A stretch of 63,465 nucleotides of DNA, filler included, from Folioceros fuciformis (Eukaryota): NCBI GenBank assembly GCA_049999805.1. It is 16 parts of 16 records of this genome, joined end to end, with 100 filler letters (N's around TTAATTAATTAA, not from the genome) between each part and the next. Parts side by side here need not be neighbours in the genome. Positions count along the whole stretch, not along the records: positions 21,905 to 33,579 come from JBNGIO010005696.1; positions 33,680 to 37,166 come from JBNGIO010005697.1; 14 more parts are not named here. One strand, 5' to 3'. The stretch's first letter is position 1. Each line of letters opens with the position of its first letter. Below are positions 23,793-36,405 of this stretch, in pieces. The notes under the pieces are model-generated. The model did not search any database, was not told the DNA's origin, and saw only the letters and a list, made by a program, of their open reading frames with translations. The translations under genes and the position numbers were made by a program.

Positions 23793-26700
23793 TGTTAGAA
23801 ATCCATAGGGTTTTGTAACAACGCATCTAGACTAGCATGCTGTAAGTATATCCCAGGATATATAGGATAATACCATGTTCGGGATATCGTTTGTCCATAC
23901 CGAGGTATTGTCATGTTTTAAAGTTTCTTTGTGTTGTGTACAGGCCCATGGAGACTATGTGTTTGTTGTAAGACCTTGTGCAAGTAGGTGAAGCTTGGCG
24001 TTCGTTTAGGGAAGTCATCTTGTTCGGCCGCAAAGGACGGGAACATGGAGACACGTCTTCTCGAAACTTATGTGGTGGAGAAGTTCGGAGGGAAAAACTT
24101 CACATTATGGAAGCTGAAAATGAAGATGCTTCTTATCAAGGAGGGAGTATGGAAGTTCGCTGACAAGGGTCTCGATGTGGCACCCATAGAGAAAGACCTC
24201 AACAAAGACGGACGGGCCTTGGCAACAATCTTGTTGAGTGTCTCAGATGACGTTCTCTCTCAATTGAGCAAATGCGCAACGTCACAAGAAGTGTGGATCA
24301 CGCTTTGCAATACATACGAAAAGAAAAATATGGTAAGTTCGATGCTGTTGGAACAACAACTTGCGAACTTCACGATGGCCACAGGCGACACGATCCAGCA
24401 ACATGTCAACAAGTTAAAGACCTTAGTGGACCAGATGAAGGCGATGGACATCAAACCGACCGAGGAAAGGATCCTCGTGGTGTTGTTGTGTAGTTTACCG
24501 CCAATCTACGAGCCATTTGTGTCGGCCTTAAGGACAACGGTCGCGATGCAATCAAGCGACAAACCGCCGTCGTTGGATGAGGTGGTCGGATTGCTATTGC
24601 AGGAGGGATTGGAGTTTTCAAACAAGAAAGAGAAGATTGATGACGCCATCCTTTTCACCAAGAAAGACAAAGCAAAGGCAAAGTTCAAGTCTAAGGACGA
24701 GTCTAAGTCTACAGACGAGAAGAAGAAGGATGGTACGAGCCGTACGACGAAAGGATCTTGCTATTATTGCAGGATGCCATGTCATCACGCCAAAGAATGT
24801 AGAACTAGGTTGGCAGACGAGTCGAAGAAGGAGAAATCCTCTCAAGCCAATCAAGTGAGTCAGCAACCTCAACAGGAACAATCATTTGTGGCTAGCGATG
24901 GAGCTACTTCATCGACGAAGGATGAGAATCTTTATCTCGACTCTAGTGCATCTCAGCACTTCAGTTACAACCTTCTAGGGTTCACTGGCTACACTAGACT
25001 CTCAAAGGGCCATACAGTGGCACTCGGTGACAATACCTCACATGATATTGAGGGGAAAGGAGTCTTACACATTCAATTGCAGGGCGGCAACCCCGCACGT
25101 ATAGAGAATGTGCATCATGTACCTCATCTCGCTAAGAATCTTCTTTCTGTTGCGCGCATTGCAGATGCAAGTCATGAAATAGTCTTCAACTCCACAGGCT
25201 GTCGCATTCAACTTGTACAGCCTAAGCCGTCACACGTGGTTGCTCGTGGTGTTCGTGTGGGAAACCTGTACAAACTTTGTGCTTTCATGAGAAAGCAAGC
25301 TTGTACGTTCCTGGCAAGTTCACACAACCACATAGAGTCTGCCAATTTATGGCATCAACGTTTGGGCCACATTGGAGTGGACAAACTCAAGCAGATGACG
25401 ACTCATGACATGGTGACGGGATTAGATTTGAAGGATATTACTGCAACACAATTGTGTCCAGGATGTCAGATGGGGAAGCTAAATCGCACAAAGTTTTCTA
25501 AAGTTGTGACACATTGTGCGCAGAAGGCACTGGAATTAGTCCACACTGACGTGAGCGGGCCCATGCGGAACCCTACACAAGGTGGGAATCGCTACATGCT
25601 CATCTTCGTTGATGATTTTACAAGGAAGACGTGGACTTACCTTTTGAAAGAAAAATCTCAGGTGTTCCAGACATTTAAGGAGTGGAAGAGTATGGTGGAG
25701 ACCGAATGTGGTGAATGCCTTAAGATGCTTCGGAGCGACAATGGAGGAGAATATGTTTCTTCTCAGTTCCAAAGTTTTTGTCAGAAAAATGGCATCAAAC
25801 GACAACTCACGATTCCGCACACCCCGCAGCAAAATGGAGTCGCGGAGCGGAAGATACGGAGCCTCGTGGAAGCATCCAAGTGCATGCTGTTTCACAGCGG
25901 CTTGCAGGTCAACTTTTGGGGAGAGGCTGTCATGACAGCAACCTATGTGTTGAATAGAGTTCCGACAAAAGCCGTAACTAGTATGACACCAGAGGAAGCG
26001 TGGTCCGGTATAAAACCTAATATTCAACATTTGAAGGTTTTCGGTTCCACGGTCTACACTCGTATCCCGAAGGAGAGCCGGACCAAATGGGATGCTAATG
26101 GAACGAAGTGTCTCCTGCTTGGCTATTCAGATGTAGTCAAAGGCTATAGGTTATACAATCTTACTACGAAGAAGGTCTTTTTTAGCAGGGACATTGTTTT
26201 TCAGGAGGCTGTCGAGTTGATGCCTGGAGTGGGCCCTTCAAATGTACCATCTACCGGAGATAATGGTGTGCCTTCTCCAACTAGCTGCCATCTTGACCCA
26301 CCTGATCCGATGTCTGACGACTCTTCTCAACCTGGTGACAAAAGGGGGGAAGGGGGAAACACTCCTAATGTCCCTACAGTTGAAGACGTTGTTGGAGCCT
26401 TACCCCCAGCTGCTGATGAAGATTGTGATATCGAGGGGGGCAGGAGCGAAGCTTCCGATGTTTCTAAAGAAGTAGCAAACTATCTTGTTATAGCACCGCA
26501 ATCGAAATTACGTAGATCCACTAGGTCCGTAAGCCTTCTCAGAGGCTTATAGACTCCATCAATGGATGTGTATAGGATGAGCTAGCATGTTTTACAGATG
26601 TTGAAGAACCTCAAAGCCTGACAGAAGCGTTAGAAGGTCTAAAAGCAAAGGAATGGAGAAAAGCCGTGGACAGTGAGTACAACTCAATTATTAGAAATAA

Positions 26701-27845
26701 AACACGGACAATAACTCCTCTACCTCCTGGAAGGAAAAGCATAGGGTCTAAATGGACCTTCAAGATCAAGCGAAAGGCCGACGGTAGCATAGAACGATAC
26801 AAAGCGAGGTTAGTAGGGAAAGGGTATACACAAGTCCTCGGTGTAGACTATACCGACACTTTCTCTAATGTCGCTAAGATAGCATCTATCCGAGCCCTTC
26901 TCGCTATCGCAGCTGCCTTCAATATGGATATACATCATATGGATGTCCAAACCGCTTTTGTTGAATGGTGATCTCGATGAAGAAATATATATGGAACAAC
27001 CAGAAGGGTTTGAGTTACTTGGTCAAGAAGGCGAAGTTTGTAAGCTGCAGAAGGCTCTCTACGGTCTTAAACAATCTGCCCTTGCTTGGTATCGTAAGCT
27101 CGACAATCACTTACAGTCTAAAGATTTCAAGAGAACTAGCGCTAATTGGAATATATATGTGAAGCAAGTGGGAGAATCCATTGTTATCATTGCTGTATAC
27201 GTGGATGACTTGATCATTGCTAGCAACAATGTGGAACTTTTAAACTCAACTAAAAAGAACCTCAAAGAAAGTTTTGATATGCGAGACATGGGCGAGCTCC
27301 ATTATTGCTTAGGAATAAAGGTGGAAAGACAAAGGATCAACAAGGTAATCTCCTTAATTCAGCAAACATATGTGGAGAACATACTGGAGCGTTTCGGAAT
27401 GCAAGAATGCTATTTTTCATGCAGGGACGAAACACATTGAAGTTAAGCATCATTTCATTAGGGAGAAAGTCTAATCTAAAGAAATAGAATTAGCTTATTG
27501 TCCTATAGAGAACATGCTGGCTGATGTTCTTACAAAAGGTCTAGCCTTAGAAAAGCATATGAAGTTTAGCAAGATGTTAGGGTTTATTGAGTAAGATTTA
27601 TAAATTAGATAGTCAATGTGTTGAGTGGGAGTGTTAGAAATCCATAGGGTTTTGTAACAACACATCTAGACTAGAATGTTGTAAGTATATCCCAGGATAT
27701 ATAGGATAATACCATGTTCATGTTCGGGATATCGTTTATCCATACCGAGGTATTGTCATGTTTTGAAGGCTATATATGTATGTACGTGCTATCAATCTAC
27801 ATGTGCTGAAACATAGATTGATCTTGGTACTCACTATTTTTAATA
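23793..27845 (+). mobile_element. Ty1/copia element with 5-bp TSD GGGTC; truncated 5' LTR, gag-pol 23988-27594, PPT, 3' LTR 27632-27845
   Basis: GGGTC at 23788-23792 and 27846-27850. Both LTRs start TGTTAGAAATCCATAGGG. PPT TTGAGTGGGAG. Gag, CYYC..HHAKEC, LDSSASQH, integrase, RT (YVDD) and RNase H motifs, with frameshifts and deletions. Confidence 0.96.
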
Positions 27846-28507
27846 GGGTCCAACCACTGCAGACAGACCACTGATACATGAGGAACCGATTTCAACGTCC
27901 TCAGCTGCACAGTCCTTTATCATGCCTTCAGCTGCTGTACAAACACCGTACCCCGAGTATGTGCAGAACAGGAAGCGGCAATCGTCTGAATGTTGTCAAC
28001 CACATTCGCTATCTGCAACACCCACGATCATCAGTCTTCGTTGCTTGAGGAAAACCAATCTGCATTCTCACTCACAAACACACAAGCTACATAGTACTTC
28101 ACTTACTCGATGTGGCTTCAGGGACACCACCTTGCACGCCCTACTACTGCCCAACAAATACACCCCACAAGCTTTCTCCAAGTCATCTAGACTGAAACTT
28201 GATTTGACCATGTCTTTCGTCTGGAATGGGGATTCGTCAAGTGAACTTTGCACGTCTGTCACAAAGGACTGGCAGGCGTTGCTGGAACAGTTGTTGATTG
28301 ATGATAACCACTACTACAAAGGCCCAAATACTAGACTAAGCTGACGCCAAGAGTAGTGTAGGAGCTCCTGGCTTGTTGCTCTTTTGCAATTCATGTGCAA
28401 ACCTAGACTACGGTGCATGTACGACGCATGAGATGCTTTGTCGGCTCAAGAGCTCTGAGATCTCCTCCATAACCGAGGGCAACGCGGAGCCGTGAGGGCA
28501 CCTCCAT
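27846..28507 (-). pseudogene. N-terminal half of the same Fe/B12 binding-protein pseudogene, with a GT-AG intron 28106-28013
   Basis: LRVA/LPSVMEEI, KVVSLKPHR|IANVVDNIQTIA..RG..FVQQLKA**RTVQ..VSVVCLQWLDP reads straight into 23792 once the TE and one TSD copy are removed. Confidence 0.75.
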
Positions 28508-29249
28508 CTCCCACCGGTGCGAACTACAGGTTGTCGATTACAATATTCCTCATGCATTGTTTTTCGTTTCATGCCTTCACTTCACTTACAAGCTTGCCAT
28601 GACAGTTGAGTGGACTTGACTTAATGGCCATGCCATTGGCTGGTTGGATGTGGTGGTGAGGATGGGGTGGGTCCGGTCCGCCGGCAATGGCACATGGGCT
28701 GAGTTGCTATATTTAGCTAGGTTGAGGAAGGTGGCTGGGAAGCTTCTCAAACTCATGGCTGGCCTGCCTACAAAGATGCTCGCAATGGACTAACGGTCAT
28801 GGGTAGGAGATGATAGGTTCGCTGGTGGTGGGCTATTGGGGACGGAATGCTGACAAAGAGCTGAGGCGATGAGCTGCTGGTAATGTGGTTGCGACTATGA
28901 GGTGTAGCGATGGGCTGCTGGCGGTGTGCTGTTGACGATGGGCTACTAAGGATCAGCTTGGTGGGCGCGGACGTATCGAGAGAGTGGCCTGAAGCGGGCG
29001 AGGTATGAACTAGACACGTGCAGCGTTTTTGCTGATTTCAATTGCATTCGCCGTTCTAGCTGGTTGTTTGCCCTTAGTGTCAGGAACTAGTCGAATGTTG
29101 CATTTCAGAAGTTATGGCTGTGGTAGTGGCAGCTTGCATTTGCCGGCTTTGATTTTTGGCTGGAGGTCGTTGATGTCGAAGTGTGTGAACGATGTGTACG
29201 TATGTCACGGAGAGCAGTACCCGGACCCTGGAAGTATGGTGCACAGTGG

Positions 29250-29880
29250 CGCGTGTGGTGGGCGGGATTGACCCTCGGGGGTTGTGGGAATTGTGCTGGT
29301 TGTGGATGTTGTGCCGATGCGGATGGATTCTTGGCATGGTTGAGTGTGAAGAACGGGGATGGATGTTGATGGAGGTTTGATTGTCTTGAGCCAGGAGTGT
29401 GGGGCGTGGGCTACCTGAGGTTATTATGGTATAACGCTGATGACAGGGTGATTGTGGGTGTGGGTGTGGGTGCAGGATACGGTCAGTGTGCGACTTGTTT
29501 TGCTGGCGGCGTAGTCGTGGGCTATCTGTGAGGAGGGCATTGAATGCGCTGTGAGGCGAATGTGGTTGTGATCACGTATGCGAGCGTGGTGACAACGTGA
29601 TCAGGTGCAGTTCAAGTGCTGGAACGTGTGGCCTTGCTGCATCGTGCTCAGTTGCGCGTGTGGCGGAGGGGATTGAGCTCGGGGGTTGTGGGGAGTTTTG
29701 AGGGTTGTGTTGCTTGTGGTTCCTGAGGCGATGCGGGTGGATGCTTGGCATGGTTGAGTGTGGTGACGGCTGCCGTATGTTGTTGGCGGTTTGGTTGTCT
29801 TGAGCCAGGAGTGTGGTGCGTGGCTGAGTGAGGCTATGACGGTATGCGGCTAATGATAAGTGGCGATGGTGGGTGCAGGG
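29250..29880 (+). repeat. Degenerate ~400-bp direct duplication in a G/T-skewed region upstream of the Roc-COR gene
   Basis: CTCGGGGGTTGTGGG..CTTGGCATGGTTGAGTGTG..TTGTCTTGAGCCAGGAGTGTGG occurs at about 29274-29402 and 29678-29816. Confidence 0.7.
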
Positions 29881-29976
29881 GCATTGGATATGTGCTGGCA
29901 GTTGTGTAGGGTAGATCGTGGGACGTTATAGCTGGGCGGTGTGGTGGCGTGCGTGGAAGTGCCTGGACGGTGCGGC

Positions 29977-32900
29977 ATGGCAAGTTCAAGTTCCAGCAGA
30001 GTGGGGTCGCAGGATGTGGAGTCGAACGAGAAGCCAATTCCTTTTGAGTTGCAGCAGCTTCTGGCCGAGCTGGGTGCTGGTCCCTGGCCAGCAGCTGCAG
30101 ATGCCGCATCTTCAGCCGGCACTCCGTGTCGGCCAGTGCGCACGGAGTTTCCTACCGATGTAGACAGAAGCTTTAATGCGACTGCGCGATGAGGCGCAGG
30201 GGGCAGAGTACGTGTGGGCGCTGGGAGTGTGGAAGCAGGTGTTCAGGGCCCTTGGTCGATGCACTACTCTCAAGACCGTAAATGTAGATAGAAGATTCTT
30301 CGAGGAAATGGAAATCAGCAAGGCAATTTCGAATTCGAAATTGGTGGAGGATTTCGTTGGGGGCTTACAACTCATATCCGATAAGTCCAACCTGGAGACG
30401 TTGCGCCTCTATATAACCTGGCCATCTACTGGGAGGTTTGGGTCAATTTGGAAGGGTTTGGGAGATTTTGCGCGTCGTAGTCGCAACCTGCGTGACTTGA
30501 CACTGTTTACGAGTGTTTTGGATGAGAATGTCCTCGAATTGTTGACTGGACTTGAGGCCAACCACAACTGCGACCTGGAAGTCCTACGCTTTAAATGCGA
30601 TTTCGTGATGTTTGCTGATGAAATACCTATGGGGAGATTGTGGGATCATACTGTCTACCCATTCTTGCAGCACATTGAGATTCCTTTAATCATCGGCGCA
30701 TCATCCACACTACTTGTGGTGGAAAACATGATATCGCCCTTGATCGGAAATACACGTCTGCGACGTTTGCACGTGAAATGCAGCCAGTATGCAACGGCGA
30801 TCGACGCATTGGATGGATCGTTAGACAAATTCAGACGGACGATGGACAGGATGGAAACAGCGCGTAGCTCTCACCGATGGATGATACAGAGATTGCTAGA
30901 AGCGCTTGGAAATTATGGTGAGAAGGAAAGCTTGCCAGGCAATAGATCTATCACAGATTTCAAACTGACCAACTTTACCCACAGAGTTGTGCCGTATGTA
31001 AACAAAATGTTGAGTGTGAACAAAGTGCTGGAAAAATGTTATCTCAAATGCGGTAAATGCGAAGATGCTGCCGACGGATTACAATTAGATAGGATGAAAA
31101 ATGTGAAAAACTTGAGAATACAGGGAAATTATAGCAACAGTTTCATGCATATGGTTTTCACATCTTTGGGGGAAAATGTAACACTTCAGCACCTCGACAT
31201 TGACAACTCATGCGATATGGCTGACGAGCTACTTTCAGATCTTCTGCAAAGCCTGAACGTAAACAGCGTGCTCGAAACGCTGAAAATAGAAAATAAAGGC
31301 TGGAGAAGGAGCGGAAAAATCGCACTCATACAAAATCGTATGCTTCGGAACAAGTGGCAAATAGCGTATCTACCCACTTTTCGACAGCATTTGGACTTCA
31401 AAGTGCCCGCTGCTGGTAAACTCTTACTTTGCGTCGGGAAAGAGGAGGTAAAGTGTAGTAATTCCACTCTCACCAACTACCTCTTCGCTTGTTTAATACC
31501 ATTCAGCTTCTATTTCTTCATGAGGTTGCTTTTATTATTGGATGGATAGTTTGTGACGTAGCTTGTTGTAAATTGTATGTAGGCAAAACTACAATAAGGA
31601 GAAACATGGTTTACTATCTACGACATCCTCTACAATGGAAATTCTTGCGTTCAATAAGAGTGCCCTGGATCATGACAAAAGGTATAGCTATTGAACATGT
31701 CTTCAATCACCAGAAAGATTTTCAAGTAAGCATTTGGGATCTTGCTGGCCAAGCTGAATTCCGTTTTCTCCATGATTATCTCTTTCCTAATATCCACCAA
31801 GCCTGCCTTTTTTGTTTCGTATTTAGTCCTTTTGATTATGAGATAAAAAATATTCTACCTGGTAACCAAATTAGCCAATTATTTGAACAAGNNNNNNNNN
31901 NNNNNNNNNNNNNNNNNNNNNNNNNNNNNNNNNNNNNNNNNNNNNNNNNNNNNNNNNNNNNNNNNNNNNNNNNNNNNNNNNNNNNNNNNNNTAAACAAGG
32001 AGATGTAGTAAAACCCAAGATATTAGTTGTAATTACACACGTAGACAAGTTCAAAACAAGGATGAAAGAGATTGAAATTCTTTTAAAAGAAAAGATAACT
32101 AGTCTAACACAAACTTTCTCAAATCTGGTAGATATAATTCCAAAATTGAAAATCATCAAGGCTCTATCTTTGAAATGTATGAACGAACTAACAAATGAGG
32201 TAGTGCTACATTTGAAACTTTTGTGCTCAAAATCTATACAAGTTCCCGATGTATGTGAGAAGTTGGGTGATGTCTTGATTGAGTGGGTATCTAAAAATCC
32301 TTTTGAACCTGTCATGAGTGTACAAGATTTTAACTGCTTTTGTGTAGAAAACCTCAAGGATTTGAACAAATTCCAAGTGAATGATCAAGAGAAGATAGTG
32401 ATTGCCATTATCGCTTACCTCCATGATATCGGTAAAATCATTCATTTCAAAAACAATAACCTAGTAGCAATTAATCCCCATTGGATTACTCATGACTTTC
32501 TAGGTCATTTGATGCAATTACATAGACCTGACTTACCCCCGACTAATCAAGTATATATACCACGCTTGCCTACTACTGACCAAGGATTTGTACAACAAAA
32601 AACACTTGAGAATATCCTCACTACCTTTACAAAGAATCATGCTAGACTTGAGCCCAAAGACTTGATGAATATTATGATAGAGTTGGAGTTATGCTACAAA
32701 GCATGCCTAGAAGACATGGAGATGCCAGGGTTTTTCATTCCATTGACAATCAAGCAACAAGGAGGCTTGAGTAACAAGACGTCTCTTGAATGGCAGACTA
32801 GAGATGAGAACACATGTGAATTTCTAGGAAGAAGATTACAATGTCAAGATCCTCGTACTATCCTAACTGAGGGCTTCTTCCCAAGGTTCCAGGTACATAT

Positions 32901-33579
32901 ACATATATGGTTTCCTACCTTGCAATTCATATGTGATGAATAGAACAGGATTGTGTACTAAACCATTTGACTATCTTTAGGTGGCATTGCACAATAGTCT
33001 CTTTGAAAAGAAGCATTTGGGAATGCAATCTCGCAAGCAGTACTGTTTTGGTTATAACAATATATCTATTCTTTGCAATGGACTGGATATTCTTATCGAA
33101 TATAGCGGTGGTGGGCACATTGGCTGTTATGTTGACATCCTTGTCAAGTCAGCACAACCTCTTGGGTTCGCTTATGCATTCACAAGTGAGCATATTTTTG
33201 AAAAATTGAGGGAATTTTGTGCTTCCACCAGTGGTTGTTCTGGTGTGGCATTAGAAGGGGCTTTTATCAACCCTCATTGCGTAAAGGACCTAATATCTTG
33301 CACATTGAGACAAGTGTGCACGGTGAAGAATCTAACGAAGATTCTTGAGGCCTATCAAGAGCAGGGCGAAGGGTATTTTAGTACTTGGAATATATTGGAC
33401 TATATGCATACTTGGCCTCCTATAAGTGATGTACAGAAGGCCACATTTTCCCGCCTAGATAAGTTTGTGGATGCAGATTACTTGACGGACTTAGTGCAGA
33501 GGAACGCAGAATCCTATGAAAGGCAGAAAAATCGCATTGATGAAGCTTCAGCTGAGTTTGTGTCAGCAGCTGTCACCCA
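29977..33579 (+). pseudogene. TORNADO1-like LRR-Roc-COR (ROCO) gene; exons ~29977/30176-31447, 31583-32892, 32981->33579; apparent frameshifts; 3' end lost in a gap
   Basis: RI-like LRRs, GKTT, TKGI, WDLAGQAEFRFLHDYLFP, VITHVD, YLHDIG.I..F, INPHW, FFIP, GRRLQC, GFFPRFQ|VALHN as in plant TRN1; GT-AG introns. Confidence 0.85.
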
Positions 33580-33679
33580 NNNNNNNNNNNNNNNNNNNNN
33601 NNNNNNNNNNNNNNNNNNNNNNNTTAATTAATTAANNNNNNNNNNNNNNNNNNNNNNNNNNNNNNNNNNNNNNNNNNNN

Positions 33680-34250
33680 GGAGCAGCGCGGCCAGCGGAT
33701 ATGCAGAATGGGTCACGGGAGCAGCAGAATGGGTCACGGGAGCAGCGCGGCCAGCGGATATGCAGAATGGGTCACGGGAGCAGCGCGGCCAGCAGCAGTA
33801 GGGCTCAGCAGGACCAGCCCGGACTGCAGCGCCGTCGGTGAGAGTGCCTCCAATTCAGACAGTACCTGAATGCGACACCAGTGAGCACAACAGAGACGTG
33901 ATAATGAAGGAGGTCCAGGGTTGTCAGCTATACCGCACCTCTGCAAGCTTGTCTTCGGCGTGCATGCTTNNNNNNNNNNNNNNNNNNNNNNNNNNNNNNN
34001 NNNNNNNNNNNNNNNNNNNNNNNNNNNNNNNNNNNNNNNNNNNNNNNNNNNNNNNNNNNNNNNNNNNNNGGCAGGGCTCTGCAGGACCTGCCCGAATTGC
34101 AGCAGCCCAGCGCAGTCGCTGAGGGTGCCTCCAATTCAGACAGTACTTGAATACGACACCAGTGAGCACAACAGAGACATTATAATGAAGGAGGTCCAGG
34201 GTCGTCAGCTATACCGCACCTCTGCAAGCTTGTCTTCGTCGTGCATGCCT
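33680..34250. repeat. ~39-bp GC-rich tandem repeats and a ~130-bp duplication across a gap
   Basis: GAGCAGCGCGGCCAGCGGATATGCAGAATGGGTCACGG repeated in 33680-33795; 33838-33969 is similar to 34120-34250. Confidence 0.75.
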
Positions 34251-34463
34251 GACAAGATTTTTCGCACGAGTTGTCATGTGGACATCGAAGCCTCTCGAAA
34301 TAGTCAAAATTTCAACTTCAGTGATGCGGTCTTCCGTGCGCGCGGTGGGTCGGGGTGCGCACGCGTGCAAATGGGCAAAGGCGTGGAATCAGGAAGCAGA
34401 TTGCAATGCATCTGCCTTTTTTGTGAGAATCTCTCACTACTTCAAGATTTCGATTTTGTTTTG

Positions 34464-35650
34464 ATGAAAAGGGGTTGGAGCAGCTGATGCCTGATTGCGT
34501 GTGTCACCAGAAAGCAGGATGCAGGGCTTTGACTGCCAGGGCGGCATCCAGCGAGCAGGAGTCCAATGCTGCCGCAGTGAAACTGCCGGGTGGCAAAACG
34601 GAGAGGCCGCTGTGGTTTTGGAGAGGCTCCCTGTTGTGCTACCACAGCTCCCGAAGCCTGTTGCGGATTTTCGGAGCTATTCGTAAGTTGTGGTGCTGAA
34701 ACTTTCAGTGTGACAATGAGTTGGCTGGTGCGGCATTCGTTTGCATAGCTTTGTGTTACGGTTTGATGGCCTTGCTCGTTGTGGTGTGAAGATTCGCTTG
34801 GAGACAGCAGTACCGAAGAGCCTACCCTGAAGAATTCCTCAAGGCCTCCTCCAGCAAGTGAGTACAGTCCGGTTGTGGTCACGCTGATACTCCCTGCATG
34901 CTCAAGAGTAACGAGAGTTCCTGCTTGGTGTGTCTGCTCAAGGCCGGGAAGACGATGGGGGAGACTTACTTGATGGTCCATCTGCAACAGTCACCGAAGC
35001 TGACACAAAGGACAACCGGAGGTATGGGGTTAGCTGTCTTCTTCCAGCACTTCCTTGCTGGGAGCAGGAATGCTACTGCCTTGCTACAGCTCTTTGCCTT
35101 GGATGCAGGTCTTTGCTGAGGGCATTAGACCGTAGGCTTTACCTTATACTGCACGGCTTTCCATTCGGGAGCACCAGGGATAAGCCTGTTTGGCACTTCC
35201 CCGAAAAACAGTACTCATACGAGGAGACACTGCGCCTGGTATGGGCAGCAATTCAGGCACTTGCTGACCCTTGCTGTGGCCTACAGGATCTCTTGCATAT
35301 TGAAGGTGCCAGTTGCAGTGTGCAGAATCTGCTGTGACATCCTTTGTAGAGGATCCAGATAACGACCTGTACTTTGTGGGCAATGGTCCAGTGGGGCACA
35401 TCGAACAGCATTGTGTCCAGCGTGGTGCCCCTGTGCCATTCTTCAAGGTGACGATTGCGTGGATTCTCCCGCAGGAGTTTGAAGGCCAGTAGCAGTGGCA
35501 CTTGGTGTTACAATTTAGAATCTTTTGGGTTGGTCTGACAATGAGTTGCCTTGCACGGAGGTTCTTCTTCAAATCGCAGCTCATTGGCAACAAAGTGAAC
35601 CTGACTGGACGCAAGCACAAAGATTTTGCCTGGGTTTTGAAGGGAGAACT
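34464..35650 (+). pseudogene. MRPL46: Mitochondrial large-subunit ribosomal protein mL46 (DECOY-like), 6 exons, apparently damaged
   Basis: AAVVLERLPVV / FAWRQQYRRAYPEEFLK / TEADTKDNRR / SLLRALDRRLYLILHG..DKPVWHFPEK..EETLR / CAESA..YFVGNGPVGH / RFFFKS..DFAWV.K.EL. One phase conflict, a last acceptor reading CACGG, and no clean start or C-terminus. Confidence 0.85.
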
Positions 35651-36265
35651 CACCTTAAAGCTGAACTCTTTTCTGCAGTATGAGACCTGGATCTCATTGG
35701 CTCATCTCTGCAGACCCTTCATGCAGCTATGTGTTTACAACTGATCCCAGAGGGGGTACCGGAGTGTGGAGGGTGAAGTATGGGTTCCTGTTGGTTGAGT
35801 CTGAGAAAAGGCCATCAAAATGAGGTGCGTGCTTGTTTGTCTCCGTGGGCTGTATGCCAATCCCCCTTCCACAATCAGATATTCTGCTTCGATGTCTGCC
35901 TACAGCATGAGGTAGGAAAATCTGGCCAGGAGAAGGTTCATGCCCTCTTCTGTTAAAAGTAAAGTGCAGGTCGAAAGGAGGCACGTGCTAAGGATCGTAT
36001 ATTGGGTGTCTGCAGGTGATTGTTTTTGGAACTTGGTAGTGGCTTCTTTTCCTTCTTAGGTCAGTAGGCAAGAATCAGGGGCACCACTAGAAGTAATGGT
36101 CTTGGCGCTGCTGAAAGGTGCACATGGCATATCGCGAGTCACCAGTATATCAGTTGTCCGGGTTCTCTGGAGACCTGTGGCTGAAATTGTCTCTGTAAGT
36201 ATCTGCTGCCAAGTCACGATCTATAGCAATGTTTGCTAGGTGCAGAGCCTCGTGGGAGATGGAAG

Positions 36266-36405
36266 GTAGCAGCAGAGCCGCGAGTTAAGATCGCAGGCAG
36301 CAGCAGAGCCGCGACTTAGATCGCATGCAGCAGCAGAGCCGCGAGGGAGATCGAAGACAGCAGCAGAACCGCGAGAGAGATCGAAGGCAGCAGCAGAGCA
36401 GCAGG
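36266..36405. repeat. ~30-bp minisatellite
   Basis: GCAGCAGCAGAGCCGCGA..AGATCG, 4-5 units. Confidence 0.8.
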
